The notes below the pieces were generated by a model. The model was not told the DNA's origin, did not search any database, and saw only the letters and a list, made by a program, of their open reading frames with translations. A program made the position numbers and the translations under genes. From Dehalococcoidia bacterium (GTDB lineage Bacteria > Chloroflexota > Dehalococcoidia > Plut-88900): DNA of 64,000 nt. This document shows, in pieces, positions 28,302 to 39,707 of this stretch; the first letter of the stretch is position 1, and each line of letters starts with the position of its first letter. The stretch spans positions 608,001-672,000 of the forward strand of contig CBDBLV010000005.1 of assembly GCA_965207225.1 (NCBI GenBank). Direction: 5' to 3'.

Positions 28302-29921
28302 TCAGGGACTCGGAGAACTGCCCCGAACCTTCCTCCAACCTCGCATTCGGCTCCCATACCGCCTGAACACTACCAACACCCCAACTCCCATCAATATAAC
28401 CGGACTGAATATTCCCAACCAGATCAGCACCCACAACGCCACCTTTGCCACCGTCGTCAGCCCCCTCACTGCCGTTTTTGCCGTCTCTCCGACATCCCAG
28501 CCACCCACCGCAAATCCCTCCACCTCCGTAACGAAGACTTCGAATGAACTGGTTGAGCTCACCCGACCCACCTCGCTCATCGCACTCACCGTCACAGTAA
28601 CCTCATACGGTCTCGGCCTGAAGTCGGAGTATTCGTGCGCCGCTGCAATCCTGCTCTCCCCATCCTCCACGCTGCCCGACTCCGTGGGAGACCCGTCCCC
28701 GAAGTCCCACTGGTACTCGAAGTCCCACAGGTCAGCAGGCCTCGTGAAGCTCGCCGAGTATTCCGCTTCATCCCCTTCCTCTACCGTCTGGTTATCCCCG
28801 GCAAACACCTCGATTGTCGGCACCTCCTTCACCTCGACTTCCATCGACGCCGACCCCTCCACAATCCCCTCCTCCCCGACACCCGTCAGGTCCACCCTTA
28901 CGATGTACGGCGAGTCCCGGTCATCCTCGTATACATGCGTCACGGTAGCGGTCAGACGGGTCCCGTCGGGTCTCAAAGTGCTCCCCTTCCCGGCAGTTGA
29001 TGTCCCATCCCCGAAGTCCCACACGAACGCGAACTCATCTATCCCCTCCGGCGCCGTGAAAGATGCCCGGAACCGCCCCACCTCCCCCACCCTCAGCGAC
29101 ACATCCTCGGCCGGGTCCACTTCTATCTCCACAGGCGAGACCCGCATGCTCACCTCGATCAACGAAAACGCCGAGGTCTGCCTCAGGTAGTTGATCCTCC
29201 CCTGCATCCCCTCGATCCGCTCCTCCAGCCTCGAAAGCTCCTGCTGCACCAGCAGCGCATCTTCCACTTCCTCCGCCTGCTCCAGGAACGTTAGCAGCCG
29301 GTTCCGGGTCGCCCTGAGGCTGACCAACCTGGACTCAACATCGACGTACTCATCCGTAACGTCCTGGCTCGTAACACTCTGCGACTCCACCTCCAGCCCA
29401 AGCCCCTCAATTCTGCCCAGCGCCTCATCCAACGATGCCGCCGGCACCCGTATTGCCACCGACCCCGTGTGCCGCGACGTCCGGTCGGAGCTTACCGTCC
29501 AACCGCCCAACTCTGATGCGATACCGGTGACCCGGTCTACCGACTCCCCGACCTCCTCCACCACCAATGACATCCGGGCCGTATGCACGATGATCCGGTT
29601 CTGGGCATAGGAGGCCAACTCTACTGCCAACTCAGCCCCGTCTTCCCCGCTATCCAGGCTGTCGTCCACAAAGCCCTCGGATGCCGCTGCTTCCTCCTCC
29701 ATCTCCATGGCATCATCAGCGTCCATCATAATCGCCGGCTCCGGGACGGACTCCTCCATCGCGCCCGAGTCCGCCCTGTCTGACAACATCGCCAATTCTT
29801 CCGTCTCTTCTGACGTAGAAGCCCACTCCCATTCCCCGGATTCCGACGTCCCGCACGCTGATGCCAAGGCCACCACTGCCACCGCCGCCAACGCTAATAT
29901 CACCCGGACCAGTCTATTCAT
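28302..29921 (-). CDS. DUF4349 lipoprotein with two PKD domains and C-terminal membrane segment
   Basis: Lipobox LASAC; IRVPA...SQDVTDEYVD; two WDFGDG motifs; hydrophobic C-terminus. Confidence 0.82.
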   Translation of the reverse strand: MNRLVRVILALAAVAVVALASACGTSESGEWEWASTSEETEELAMLSDRADSGAMEESVPEPAIMMDADDAMEMEEEAAASEGFVDDSLDSGEDGAELAVELASYAQNRIIVHTARMSLVVEEVGESVDRVTGIASELGGWTVSSDRTSRHTGSVAIRVPAASLDEALGRIEGLGLEVESQSVTSQDVTDEYVDVESRLVSLRATRNRLLTFLEQAEEVEDALLVQQELSRLEERIEGMQGRINYLRQTSAFSLIEVSMRVSPVEIEVDPAEDVSLRVGEVGRFRASFTAPEGIDEFAFVWDFGDGTSTAGKGSTLRPDGTRLTATVTHVYEDDRDSPYIVRVDLTGVGEEGIVEGSASMEVEVKEVPTIEVFAGDNQTVEEGDEAEYSASFTRPADLWDFEYQWDFGDGSPTESGSVEDGESRIAAAHEYSDFRPRPYEVTVTVSAMSEVGRVSSTSSFEVFVTEVEGFAVGGWDVGETAKTAVRGLTTVAKVALWVLIWLGIFSPVILMGVGVLVVFRRYGSRMRGWRKVRGSSPSP

Positions 29922-30096
29922 ATGCAAGACTCACCTCCGACGATACTGTCCCTCATGCCAATCATAACGTCTCACCCTCCCGAAATGTTCCTGACCTCGC
30001 TGCCCTGCCTAAATGTCATTCCTATGTGACCCGCGGGGCATCTGGGGAGGGGCCCGGCGCCGAATCACACTTTTGTTCCTCGCACCTCGGTTCGTA

Positions 30097-31984
30097 CCCA
30101 AATCCACCGCCTAAAGGTAGGAATCTGATTTTCTGACCTTTCGGTTGGGCCGGTGGGGGCGTCGATTGGCTACTGACAGGGTTAGCAGTGGTTTGGCGGG
30201 GCCGATGGTGGACGTATGAGGGTCTTGGGGTGCTGCTTTACGATGTTTTGCGTCGATTTTGAGCCGTTTGGCCTCGTAGGAGGACGCAGCGTCCCTACGA
30301 CGGTTATCCACGTCGCTTGACCGATAGGCTGTGGCGCGGACCGTCTCAGATTCAGGGAGGGCCGTGAGCCAGCGCCGCTATTCTCCGGTGTGCCCCGACC
30401 AGCAGCGGGAACGATGGATGACCTCGCGCCAGTCGGATCAGCAGCTTCCTGGCATGGTAGACCACTCGACCGGCAAGGTCGATCAGAGCGAAGCGCACCG
30501 CCTTGAGCCGCTTGGTCACCCACTCATCACCCAGCGCCAACTGCTTGACCGCCGAGTTCAGGTTGAACGCCAGCACCGTTATCGCCCACCACGCTGCGTT
30601 GGCTCCGAACTGTCCCGACGGCAGTCTCCCGCCCGCCAGGTCCTCCTTCAGCACACTATGGACCTCCTCGCCTTTCCCGCATCTCTCACGGTACCACCGC
30701 ACAACCTCGTCTCCCGGAAGCTCCCGGTTCGTCACTATCCCGCTGATCTTGTACCAGCCGTGGTTCGGCATCTGCATGACCGGAACCGACAGCTCAAACT
30801 CACTCTCCATGCCCGGTAGCGGCGGTCGCCTCAGAGGTTCTCTGACGGCTATGAAACGGTAGGCGGGACCCTCCTTGTAGCGACCTAATCGACTGGACAT
30901 GAAGCCCACCTCGGCCCACTCCTGCCCCGTCTCCACCTCGAACTCCCCCATCATCCGGGGCAACTGACGCCACTCGCTCTCTTCCACCAGCGCCGCCTCA
31001 TGCTTGAACTCGTCCGTGACGCGTACCCCAATCGCGAACTCGATCACTCCGAACCGTTCGTCTCTCCCCTCGGCGCAGTACTCCAGAAGATCGTTCTGGT
31101 AGCCTGCCGTGTCGGACCGCAGCATCACCCGCTCCACTCCCTCGGGTACGCACTCCAACGCGTCTCGCAACACTCGTAGCTGCTCAAATCCCGCAGGAAC
31201 GTTGCCGTCTCTGAACTCCGAGTGGACGACCAGGTCCGCCTCGGCCCAGTATGTCGTTAGCGGCTGATAGGCTTTGAATCCCTTGTAGCAGTAGAGCGCC
31301 TCCTGCTTGTGAGTCTCGACCAGCGTCGCGTCCATATCCAGTGTCGCCTGCCTATGCCCGACGTGGCCCTGGACAAAGCCCACCATCTCGGCGTTGACCT
31401 TCCCAAGTCCGTCCAGCGCGTCGTTGGCCTGGGGTATGAACGCCGTATGAGGCTGCCTCGCCTCCTCCTGGGATGCGTCGTGGAACTGGCTCAGATACCG
31501 GAACACCGCCGATGGAGACGGCACATAGCGGTGTCGGTCACGCCGCCACCGGTTGCGCACCGCCCTGCGCTCCGAAGCTCGCTGCCGGTGGGTCTCCACC
31601 CTTCCCAACATCCGGCCAAGGCCCTCGTCCGCCTCCAGCACGCGAAGGTCGTCCACCCCTTCGCCGCCCGCCAGGTTCAACAGCGTCAGTGAGGTGACCA
31701 TCTGACGGTCCGTCCAACCCTGGCCTCCCTCTCTGACCCTCACGTGGCGTCTGATCGACTCGCCAAGGCCGATTGCCTCGGCCATCTCCAGGTAGACTGC
31801 CAACCCCGATAGCGCCGTCATGCCCCCGATGCGGTTCTCTGCCCTGTACTGGAACGGTAGGACTCCATGTTGCATAATAACTGCACCTCGTTGGTGATGG
31901 TTTGGGATTGTCACTTACCATCTTAGTCAGCTTTGCAGCCGACTCCAACGAGGTATTCTCATTCAATTAGGCGGTGGATTTGGG
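30097..31984 (-). mobile_element. IS1380-family insertion sequence
   Basis: Perfect 18-bp terminal IR cccaaatccaccgcctaa; 5-bp TSD tcgta (30092-30096 and 31985-31989). Confidence 0.92.
30352..31914 (-). CDS. IS1380-family transposase
   Basis: TLDMDAT, YQPL, FRDGN, LRSDTAGY, Y..RCGKGEE....LK.D, F.ANAAW. Confidence 0.9.
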   Translation of the reverse strand: MTIPNHHQRGAVIMQHGVLPFQYRAENRIGGMTALSGLAVYLEMAEAIGLGESIRRHVRVREGGQGWTDRQMVTSLTLLNLAGGEGVDDLRVLEADEGLGRMLGRVETHRQRASERRAVRNRWRRDRHRYVPSPSAVFRYLSQFHDASQEEARQPHTAFIPQANDALDGLGKVNAEMVGFVQGHVGHRQATLDMDATLVETHKQEALYCYKGFKAYQPLTTYWAEADLVVHSEFRDGNVPAGFEQLRVLRDALECVPEGVERVMLRSDTAGYQNDLLEYCAEGRDERFGVIEFAIGVRVTDEFKHEAALVEESEWRQLPRMMGEFEVETGQEWAEVGFMSSRLGRYKEGPAYRFIAVREPLRRPPLPGMESEFELSVPVMQMPNHGWYKISGIVTNRELPGDEVVRWYRERCGKGEEVHSVLKEDLAGGRLPSGQFGANAAWWAITVLAFNLNSAVKQLALGDEWVTKRLKAVRFALIDLAGRVVYHARKLLIRLARGHPSFPLLVGAHRRIAALAHGPP

Positions 31985-31990
31985 TCGTAC

Positions 31991-33214
31991 CAGGGCAATT
32001 GCATCTAAATTAGTTTAGGCAGAGTATAAAATTGGGGTCAGTCTCAGTGAGGAGATTGGCCGATGGACAATAGTAGCCCTGCTTCGCTTACGGAGCATTT
32101 TAGCAGCCTCGATGACCCGCGTATAGACCGAACCAAACGCCACGAGTTGATCGACATTCTTACTATTGCGCTCTGCGGCGCCATAGCGGGAGCGGACAGT
32201 TGGGTAGACGTGGAAGCGTTCGGCAGGCGCAAGGAAGGATGGTTGCGCAGTATGCTGGAACTGCCCAACGGCATTCCCTCGCACGACACCTTCGGCAGGG
32301 TGTTCGCCAAGCTGGACGCTGAGCAGTTCGAGCGCTGTTTCACCGAGTGGGTGCTGGCAGTCAGTGAGGTTCTGCAAGGTGATGTGGTGGCCATAGACGG
32401 CAAGGCGGTGCGACGCTCGCACGATCGATACGTAGGGAAGGGCGCTATCCACATGGTCAGTGCTTGGGCCTGTGCGAGCGGCGTGACGCTCGGGCAGACC
32501 AGTGTGGACCGACGCTCCAACGAGATCACGGCGATACCCCGGTTGCTTGAGATGCTCGCGGTCGAGGGATGCATCGTGACGATAGATGCCATGGGCTGCC
32601 AGAGGGAGATTGCATCGAAGATACTGGAGGAGGAAGCCGACTACGTGCTGGCGGTCAAGAGAAACCAGGTACTCCTGCACGAGGGAGTGGTCGATGTCTT
32701 CGACCTCATCCGCAACTCCTGCTTCGACGACATAGACCACGACTACCACGAGACGGTGGATGCTGGTCATGGACGAGTCGAGACGCGCCGCTGCTGGACG
32801 GTGTCTGACCTCGGCAACGTCAGATACGTCGATGAGTACAGGCGATGGCCGGGGCTGACTACGCTGGCGATGGTGGAAGGTGAGCGACGCATAGGAGACA
32901 AGACGACGATGGAGTCGCGCTACTACATATCGAGCCTGCCCAACGATGCGAGTGCCTTACTCAGCGCGGTGCGCAGTCACTGGAGTATAGAAAACCAGTT
33001 GCACTGGTCGCTGGACGTGACGTTCAATGAGGACGGGAGCCGGGTGCGTAGCGGGAACGGGGCCGAGAACTTCTCCGTGCTGCGCCGCATGGCTCTGAAT
33101 CTGCTCAAGGCCGAAAAGTCCACAAAGCGCAGCCTCGCAGGTAAGCGAAAAGACGCCGCCTGGGACAATGACTACCTACTCAAGGTCCTTGCTCAATAAG
33201 ATGCGATTGCCCTG
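31991..33214 (+). mobile_element. ISAs1-family insertion sequence
   Basis: IRs cagggcaattgcatct / rc cagggcaatcgcatct; 10-bp TSD cggttcgtac (right copy 33215-33224; left copy interrupted by IS1380). Confidence 0.92.
32063..33199 (+). CDS. ISAs1-family transposase
   Basis: DPR, GIPSHDTF, AIDGK, SNEITAIP, TIDAMGCQ, HGRVETR, HWSIENQLHW.LDV.F.ED. Confidence 0.96.
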   Translation: MDNSSPASLTEHFSSLDDPRIDRTKRHELIDILTIALCGAIAGADSWVDVEAFGRRKEGWLRSMLELPNGIPSHDTFGRVFAKLDAEQFERCFTEWVLAVSEVLQGDVVAIDGKAVRRSHDRYVGKGAIHMVSAWACASGVTLGQTSVDRRSNEITAIPRLLEMLAVEGCIVTIDAMGCQREIASKILEEEADYVLAVKRNQVLLHEGVVDVFDLIRNSCFDDIDHDYHETVDAGHGRVETRRCWTVSDLGNVRYVDEYRRWPGLTTLAMVEGERRIGDKTTMESRYYISSLPNDASALLSAVRSHWSIENQLHWSLDVTFNEDGSRVRSGNGAENFSVLRRMALNLLKAEKSTKRSLAGKRKDAAWDNDYLLKVLAQ

Positions 33215-33270
33215 CGGTTCGTACTCCTGCCTTAAGCAACGCTCTCCATTTGTGATACACTAATCTTTCC

Positions 33271-33299
33271 TTGACATTGCACTCGTAAAGTGATAGATT
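33271..33299 (+). promoter_or_regulatory. sigma70 promoter of the ilv-leu operon
   Basis: TTGACA-N17-TAGATT with TG extended -10. Confidence 0.75.
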
Positions 33300-33321
33300 T
33301 CACTGACTTGTCAATAGTGCA

Positions 33322-33563
33322 AAAGCTGTGAAGAGGAGTAGTAGGAGTTCCTGGAAGTCTGCAGAGAGCCGGGGTTAGGTGAAAGCCCGGCGGCTATAGG
33401 ACCCCGAACTCGCCTCAGAGCTGCCTGATTGAAAGCCCCGACCGGGCAACTAGATCCGACCGGATGACTACCGTTAAAAGTCCTGAGGCCTCTCCGTATC
33501 GTGGGAGGCGAAGAAGGGTGGTACCGCGGACTCTCCGCCCCTTTTGGGGTGGGGATTTTTTTT
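33322..33563 (+). promoter_or_regulatory. T-box riboswitch (Leu, CUC specifier) with terminator
   Basis: Stem I motifs AGAGA and GGTGAAA; GAA-CTC specifier at 33406-33411; T-box AAGGGTGGTACCGCG at 33514-33528; GC hairpin plus T8. Confidence 0.9.
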
Positions 33564-33636
33564 ACCCGAATCATAATCTTGGAAATAAGCGAGTTCACCG
33601 GGGCCCCTCACCCGGCCCCCGAGTTGGTGGTCTGCA

Positions 33637-35331
33637 ATGAAACTTAACGGTTCACAAATAGTCTTGGAATGCCTGAAGGCCGAGGGGGTGGATGTCATGT
33701 TCGGCCTTCCGGGAGGGGCCGTCCTGCCCTTCTATCAAACCCTCCCCGAATACCCCGAAATCCGGCACATCCTCGTCCGCCATGAGCAGGGCGCCGCCAT
33801 GGCCGCCGACGGCTACGCCCGCTCTACCGGCAGGGTCGGCGTCTGCGTTGCCACCTCGGGGCCCGGGGCAACTAATCTGGTCACCGGCATCATGACCGCG
33901 CAGATGGACTCCGCTCCCGTGGTCGCTATCACCGGCCAGGTACCGAGGGCCATGATAGGCAAGGATGCCTTCCAGGAGTCCGACGTTACCGGCATCACCC
34001 TCCCCATTACCAAGCACAACTACCTGGTCATGGACACCAACGACCTGCCCATGGTTATCAAGAAGGCCTTCCATCTCGCCCGCACCGGCCGCCCGGGGCC
34101 CGTGCTTGTGGACATCCCCAAGGACGTCCAGACCGAAGAGATTGAGTTCCACGGCTACCCCGAAGTCGCCGAGATGCCAACCTACAACCCGACTCCGGAC
34201 GTCAATGCCGCAGACGTCAAGCGCGCCGCCCAAATGATTAACGCCGCCGAAAGGCCCATAATCATCTCCGGTCGTGGCGTGAACATCTCCGGCGCTCACG
34301 CCCAGCTCCTGGAACTCGCCGAAAAAGCCCAGATCCCCGTCATTACCACCCTGCTTGGCCTCGGCTCCATCCCCGGCAGCCACATCCTCAACGTTGGAAT
34401 GCCCGGCATGCATGGCGTCGCCTGGGCCAGCATGGCTATCGACGAAGCAGACCTCCTTATCGGTATTGGCATGAGGTTCGACGACCGCGTAACTGGTAAC
34501 GTCAACCTCTTTGCCCCCAGGGCAAAGAAGATTCATATCGACATAGATGAGTCCGAGGTCGCCAAAAACGTTATAGTTGACCTAGCACTTGTCTCCGACG
34601 TTAAGAACGTTCTCGATGAATTGAACCCGCTCGTGGAACGCAAGGTCCACGCCGATTGGGTCGGCCAGATCGATGAATGGCGTTGTACTCACCCCTCCCT
34701 CTCTATACGGGAGACCGATCAGCTCCTCCCCCAGTACATTCTGTCTCAGCTCAACAAGGAGTCCAACGGTGAGTCCATCATCGTCACCGGTGTTGGCCAG
34801 CACCAGATGTGGGCCGCTCAGCATTTCATCTCCGACAAGCCCGGCCGATTCATAACCTCTGGAGGCGCTGGCACCATGGGCTACGAGGTCCCGGCCGCCA
34901 TGGGCGCCCAGGTCGGCAACCCGGGAAAGGTGGTCTGGTCCATCTGCGGCGACGGCGGCTTCCAGATGACAATGTCGGAAGTCCTCACCATGGTCCAGAA
35001 CAACATACCCGTCAAGCTGGCCGTCATGAACAACGGCTTCCACGGCATGGTGCGCCAGTGGCAGGAGCTCTTCTACAACAAGAGCTACGTTGCCACCGAG
35101 TTCCACACCCCCGACTTCGTTAAACTCGCAGACGCCTTCGGCTGTATGGGCATCAGGGTCACCGAAAAGGAACAGGTCGTCCCCGCCATCCACAAAGCAA
35201 ACTCCCACGACGGCCCCGTCATAGTCGATTTCGTCGTTCCCGTAGAGGAAAACGTATACCCATTTATCCCGCCAGGCGGCTCCGTCGGCTCTATGGTCGA
35301 AGACCCCAACTTCAGTACGGCCATGGGATAG
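33637..35331 (+). CDS. ilvB: Acetolactate synthase large subunit
   Basis: FGLPGGA, RHEQ, TSGPGATN, DAFQE, GRPGPV, RFDDRVTG, GDGGFQM, GMVRQWQ. Confidence 0.97.
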   Translation: MKLNGSQIVLECLKAEGVDVMFGLPGGAVLPFYQTLPEYPEIRHILVRHEQGAAMAADGYARSTGRVGVCVATSGPGATNLVTGIMTAQMDSAPVVAITGQVPRAMIGKDAFQESDVTGITLPITKHNYLVMDTNDLPMVIKKAFHLARTGRPGPVLVDIPKDVQTEEIEFHGYPEVAEMPTYNPTPDVNAADVKRAAQMINAAERPIIISGRGVNISGAHAQLLELAEKAQIPVITTLLGLGSIPGSHILNVGMPGMHGVAWASMAIDEADLLIGIGMRFDDRVTGNVNLFAPRAKKIHIDIDESEVAKNVIVDLALVSDVKNVLDELNPLVERKVHADWVGQIDEWRCTHPSLSIRETDQLLPQYILSQLNKESNGESIIVTGVGQHQMWAAQHFISDKPGRFITSGGAGTMGYEVPAAMGAQVGNPGKVVWSICGDGGFQMTMSEVLTMVQNNIPVKLAVMNNGFHGMVRQWQELFYNKSYVATEFHTPDFVKLADAFGCMGIRVTEKEQVVPAIHKANSHDGPVIVDFVVPVEENVYPFIPPGGSVGSMVEDPNFSTAMG

Positions 35332-35343
35332 AGATCGCTTGCT

Positions 35344-35889
35344 ATGGCACTGCCCAGACACATATTAGTCGCCCTCGTGGAGGACAAGCCCGGAGTTCTC
35401 AACCGGGTCTCGGGTTTGTTCCGACGCCGCGGTTTCAACATCGCCAGCCTCGCCGTGGGGCACAGCGAAACGCCCAAACTCTCCCGCATGACCCTCGTCG
35501 TCGAAGGTGGAGAAGGCGTCCGAGTCCAGGCCGCCCGACAGCTCCGCAAGCTCGTCGGCGTCATGGAGGTCAAAGACATCACCGGCTCCCACACCGTGGC
35601 CCGGGAACTGGCCCTCATCAAGCTCCGCGCCCTCGCCAAAGACCGTAACGATATCATCAACGTCATCGGTATTTTCCGCGCCGACATCATAGACGTGGAT
35701 GTCGATACTATGATTATTCAAGCTACGGGTGACGCCGAGAAAATAGAGGCGCTGCACTCCATGCTCCTTCCCTTTGGCGTGCTGGAAATGATGCGCACCG
35801 GTGAGGTCGCCATGGTACGCGGGGCCGCAGGCCGACGGGGGGACGGCGTCGTTCAGCCCATCGTCTACGAAGATATAGGAGGAGTTTAA
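35344..35889 (+). CDS. ilvN: Acetolactate synthase small subunit
   Basis: [25 protein letters not shown]...RELALIK. Confidence 0.96.
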   Translation: MALPRHILVALVEDKPGVLNRVSGLFRRRGFNIASLAVGHSETPKLSRMTLVVEGGEGVRVQAARQLRKLVGVMEVKDITGSHTVARELALIKLRALAKDRNDIINVIGIFRADIIDVDVDTMIIQATGDAEKIEALHSMLLPFGVLEMMRTGEVAMVRGAAGRRGDGVVQPIVYEDIGGV

Positions 35890-35893
35890 CGTC

Positions 35894-36901
35894 ATGGCCA
35901 TTAACGCTAAGGTCTACTACGACAATGACGCCGATATCTCAATGCTCGATGGCAAGACCATCGGTGTGATCGGCTACGGCAGCCAGGGTCATGCCCACTC
36001 CTTAAACCTGAAGGACAGCGGCTGCGAAGTAATGGTCGGCCTCTACCAAGGCAGCAAGAGCTGGGAGAAGGCCGAACAGGCTGGCCTCCGGGTCGCCGAG
36101 GTCGCCGATGTTGCCAAAGAAGCCGACATAATGATGATGACTATCCCCGACGAACGTCAGGGTGGCGTCTTCGCCGACCACATCGCCCCGAACCTGAAAT
36201 CTGGCCAGACCCTCATGTTCGCCCACGGCTTCAACATCCACTACAAGGAGGTCGTTCCGCCGACCTACGTGGACGTAAGCATGATCGCCCCTAAGGCCCC
36301 AGGCCACCGACTCAGAGAGCTCTTCACCGAGGGCGTCGGAGTACCCGCCCTGGTGGCCATCCATCAGGACGCCAGTGGAAGTGCCAGGGATGTGGCTCTG
36401 GCTTACGGCAAGGGCCTCGGGTCCACCAGGGCCGGCGTCCTGGAGACCACCTTCAAGGAAGAGACCGAGACAGATCTTTTCGGCGAGCAGAGCGTCCTCT
36501 GCGGCGGCGTCACCTCCCTCATCAAGGCAGGTTTCGAGACCCTCGTAGAAGCCGGCTACCAGCCCGAGGTCGCCTACTTCGAATGTCTCCACGAAGTCAA
36601 GCTCATCGTAGACCTAATCTACCAGGGCGGACTGGAGTACATGCGCTACTCCGTAAGTGACACCGCCGAATATGGTGACTACTCACGTGGCAGCCGTATT
36701 ATCGACGATAACGTACGCTCATCTATGAAGAAGGTCTTGGCCGAAATCCAGGACGGTACCTTCGCCCGGGAGTGGATCGCCGAAAACCGCGAAGGCCGCA
36801 CAAACTTCGACGCCATGAGGAAGAGAGACAAGTCCCACACAGTGGAAGTGGTCGGCAGGGACCTGCGGGAGATGATGTCCTTCCTTAACAGGCCGACCTA
36901 A
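35894..36901 (+). CDS. ilvC: Ketol-acid reductoisomerase
   Basis: [48 protein letters not shown]. Confidence 0.98.
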   Translation: MAINAKVYYDNDADISMLDGKTIGVIGYGSQGHAHSLNLKDSGCEVMVGLYQGSKSWEKAEQAGLRVAEVADVAKEADIMMMTIPDERQGGVFADHIAPNLKSGQTLMFAHGFNIHYKEVVPPTYVDVSMIAPKAPGHRLRELFTEGVGVPALVAIHQDASGSARDVALAYGKGLGSTRAGVLETTFKEETETDLFGEQSVLCGGVTSLIKAGFETLVEAGYQPEVAYFECLHEVKLIVDLIYQGGLEYMRYSVSDTAEYGDYSRGSRIIDDNVRSSMKKVLAEIQDGTFAREWIAENREGRTNFDAMRKRDKSHTVEVVGRDLREMMSFLNRPT

Positions 36902-36955
36902 GGTCGGCGCTGAGGGGTCCGTCATCCTGCAGTACGGTTATCTGGGAGGTTCACA

Positions 36956-38494
<1,539 letters not shown>

Positions 38495-38596
38495 ACTGGC
38501 TGGCTCCGGGATCGGCAATGGCAGACGGGGTCTGGATGCACAGAGTGCGTACAGGCCCCCGCGCTGCTGACTTCTGGACGACTCCAGGCAATAGAT

Positions 38597-39694
38597 ATGA
38601 CTAAATCAAACATAGCAGTCCTTCCAGGTGACGGCATCGGCCCCGAGGTCATGGAGCAGGGCTTACGCGTCCTCCGTGCCGCCGAGTCCCGCTTCGGCCA
38701 CGACTTCAATCTGCAGGACGGCATTGTCGGCGGCTGTGCCATAGACGAATTCGGCACCGCCCTCCCCGACGACACTCTCAAAACCTGTAAGAAGAGCGAT
38801 GCCGTTCTCTTCGGCGCCGTCGGCGGCCCCAAGTGGGACGACCCCAAGGCTTCCGTCCGACCCGAACAGGGGCTCCTTGCCCTGCGTAAGAAGCTCAACC
38901 TCTTTGCGAACATCCGGCCCGTGAAGGTCTATCCCCAGCTCCGGGACGCCACGCCCCTTAAACCCGAGAACCTGGACGGCGTCGATATGATCGTCATCCG
39001 TGAGCTCACTGGTGGCCTCTACTTCGGCAAGCCCAAGCGCCAGTGGACCACCTCCCGTGGCCGCAGGGCCGTCGACTCCATGGCTTACTCCGAAGACGAG
39101 ATCCGCCGCATAGTCCGCGTTGGCTTCGAAGTCGCACGCGGCCGGTCCCGTAAGAAGCTCACCTCTGTCGACAAGGCCAACGTCCTGGAGTCTTCCCGCC
39201 TCTGGCGTCAAATAGTCCTCGAAATGGCCCCCTCCTACCCCGACGTTGAACTCGACCACCTCCTCGTCGACACCTGCGCCATGCACCTCGTCCGCCAGCC
39301 AGCCCGCTTCGATGTCATAGTCACCGAAAACACCTTCGGAGACATCCTCACCGACGAGACCGCCGTCCTTTCCGGCTCCATGGGCATGTTGCCTTCTGCC
39401 AGCCTGAATATGGAAGATGGTGAGAGAGGCGCTGTCGGAGTCTACGAGCCCTGCCATGGCTCCGCCCCCGACATCGTCGGTCAGAACAAGGCCAACCCGT
39501 GTGGCATGATTCTCAGCGTGGCCATGATGCTCCGGCATTCCCTCGGCCTCGAAGAGGAGGCCCTTACCATTGAGTCCGCTGTGGAGCAGGTCCTCGCCGA
39601 GGGCTACCGCACCCCCGACATCGCCGAGGATGGCACGGAAAGCACCGGCACCGTAGAGATGGGCGCCCTTATCGCCAGCAAAGTGGCGGCATAG
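38597..39694 (+). CDS. leuB: 3-isopropylmalate dehydrogenase
   Basis: PGDGIGPEV, AVGGPKWD, RELTGGLYFG, DKANVL, FGDILTD, EPCHGSAPDI. Confidence 0.97.
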   Translation: MTKSNIAVLPGDGIGPEVMEQGLRVLRAAESRFGHDFNLQDGIVGGCAIDEFGTALPDDTLKTCKKSDAVLFGAVGGPKWDDPKASVRPEQGLLALRKKLNLFANIRPVKVYPQLRDATPLKPENLDGVDMIVIRELTGGLYFGKPKRQWTTSRGRRAVDSMAYSEDEIRRIVRVGFEVARGRSRKKLTSVDKANVLESSRLWRQIVLEMAPSYPDVELDHLLVDTCAMHLVRQPARFDVIVTENTFGDILTDETAVLSGSMGMLPSASLNMEDGERGAVGVYEPCHGSAPDIVGQNKANPCGMILSVAMMLRHSLGLEEEALTIESAVEQVLAEGYRTPDIAEDGTESTGTVEMGALIASKVAA

Positions 39695-39707
39695 AAACGA
39701 CACCCCG

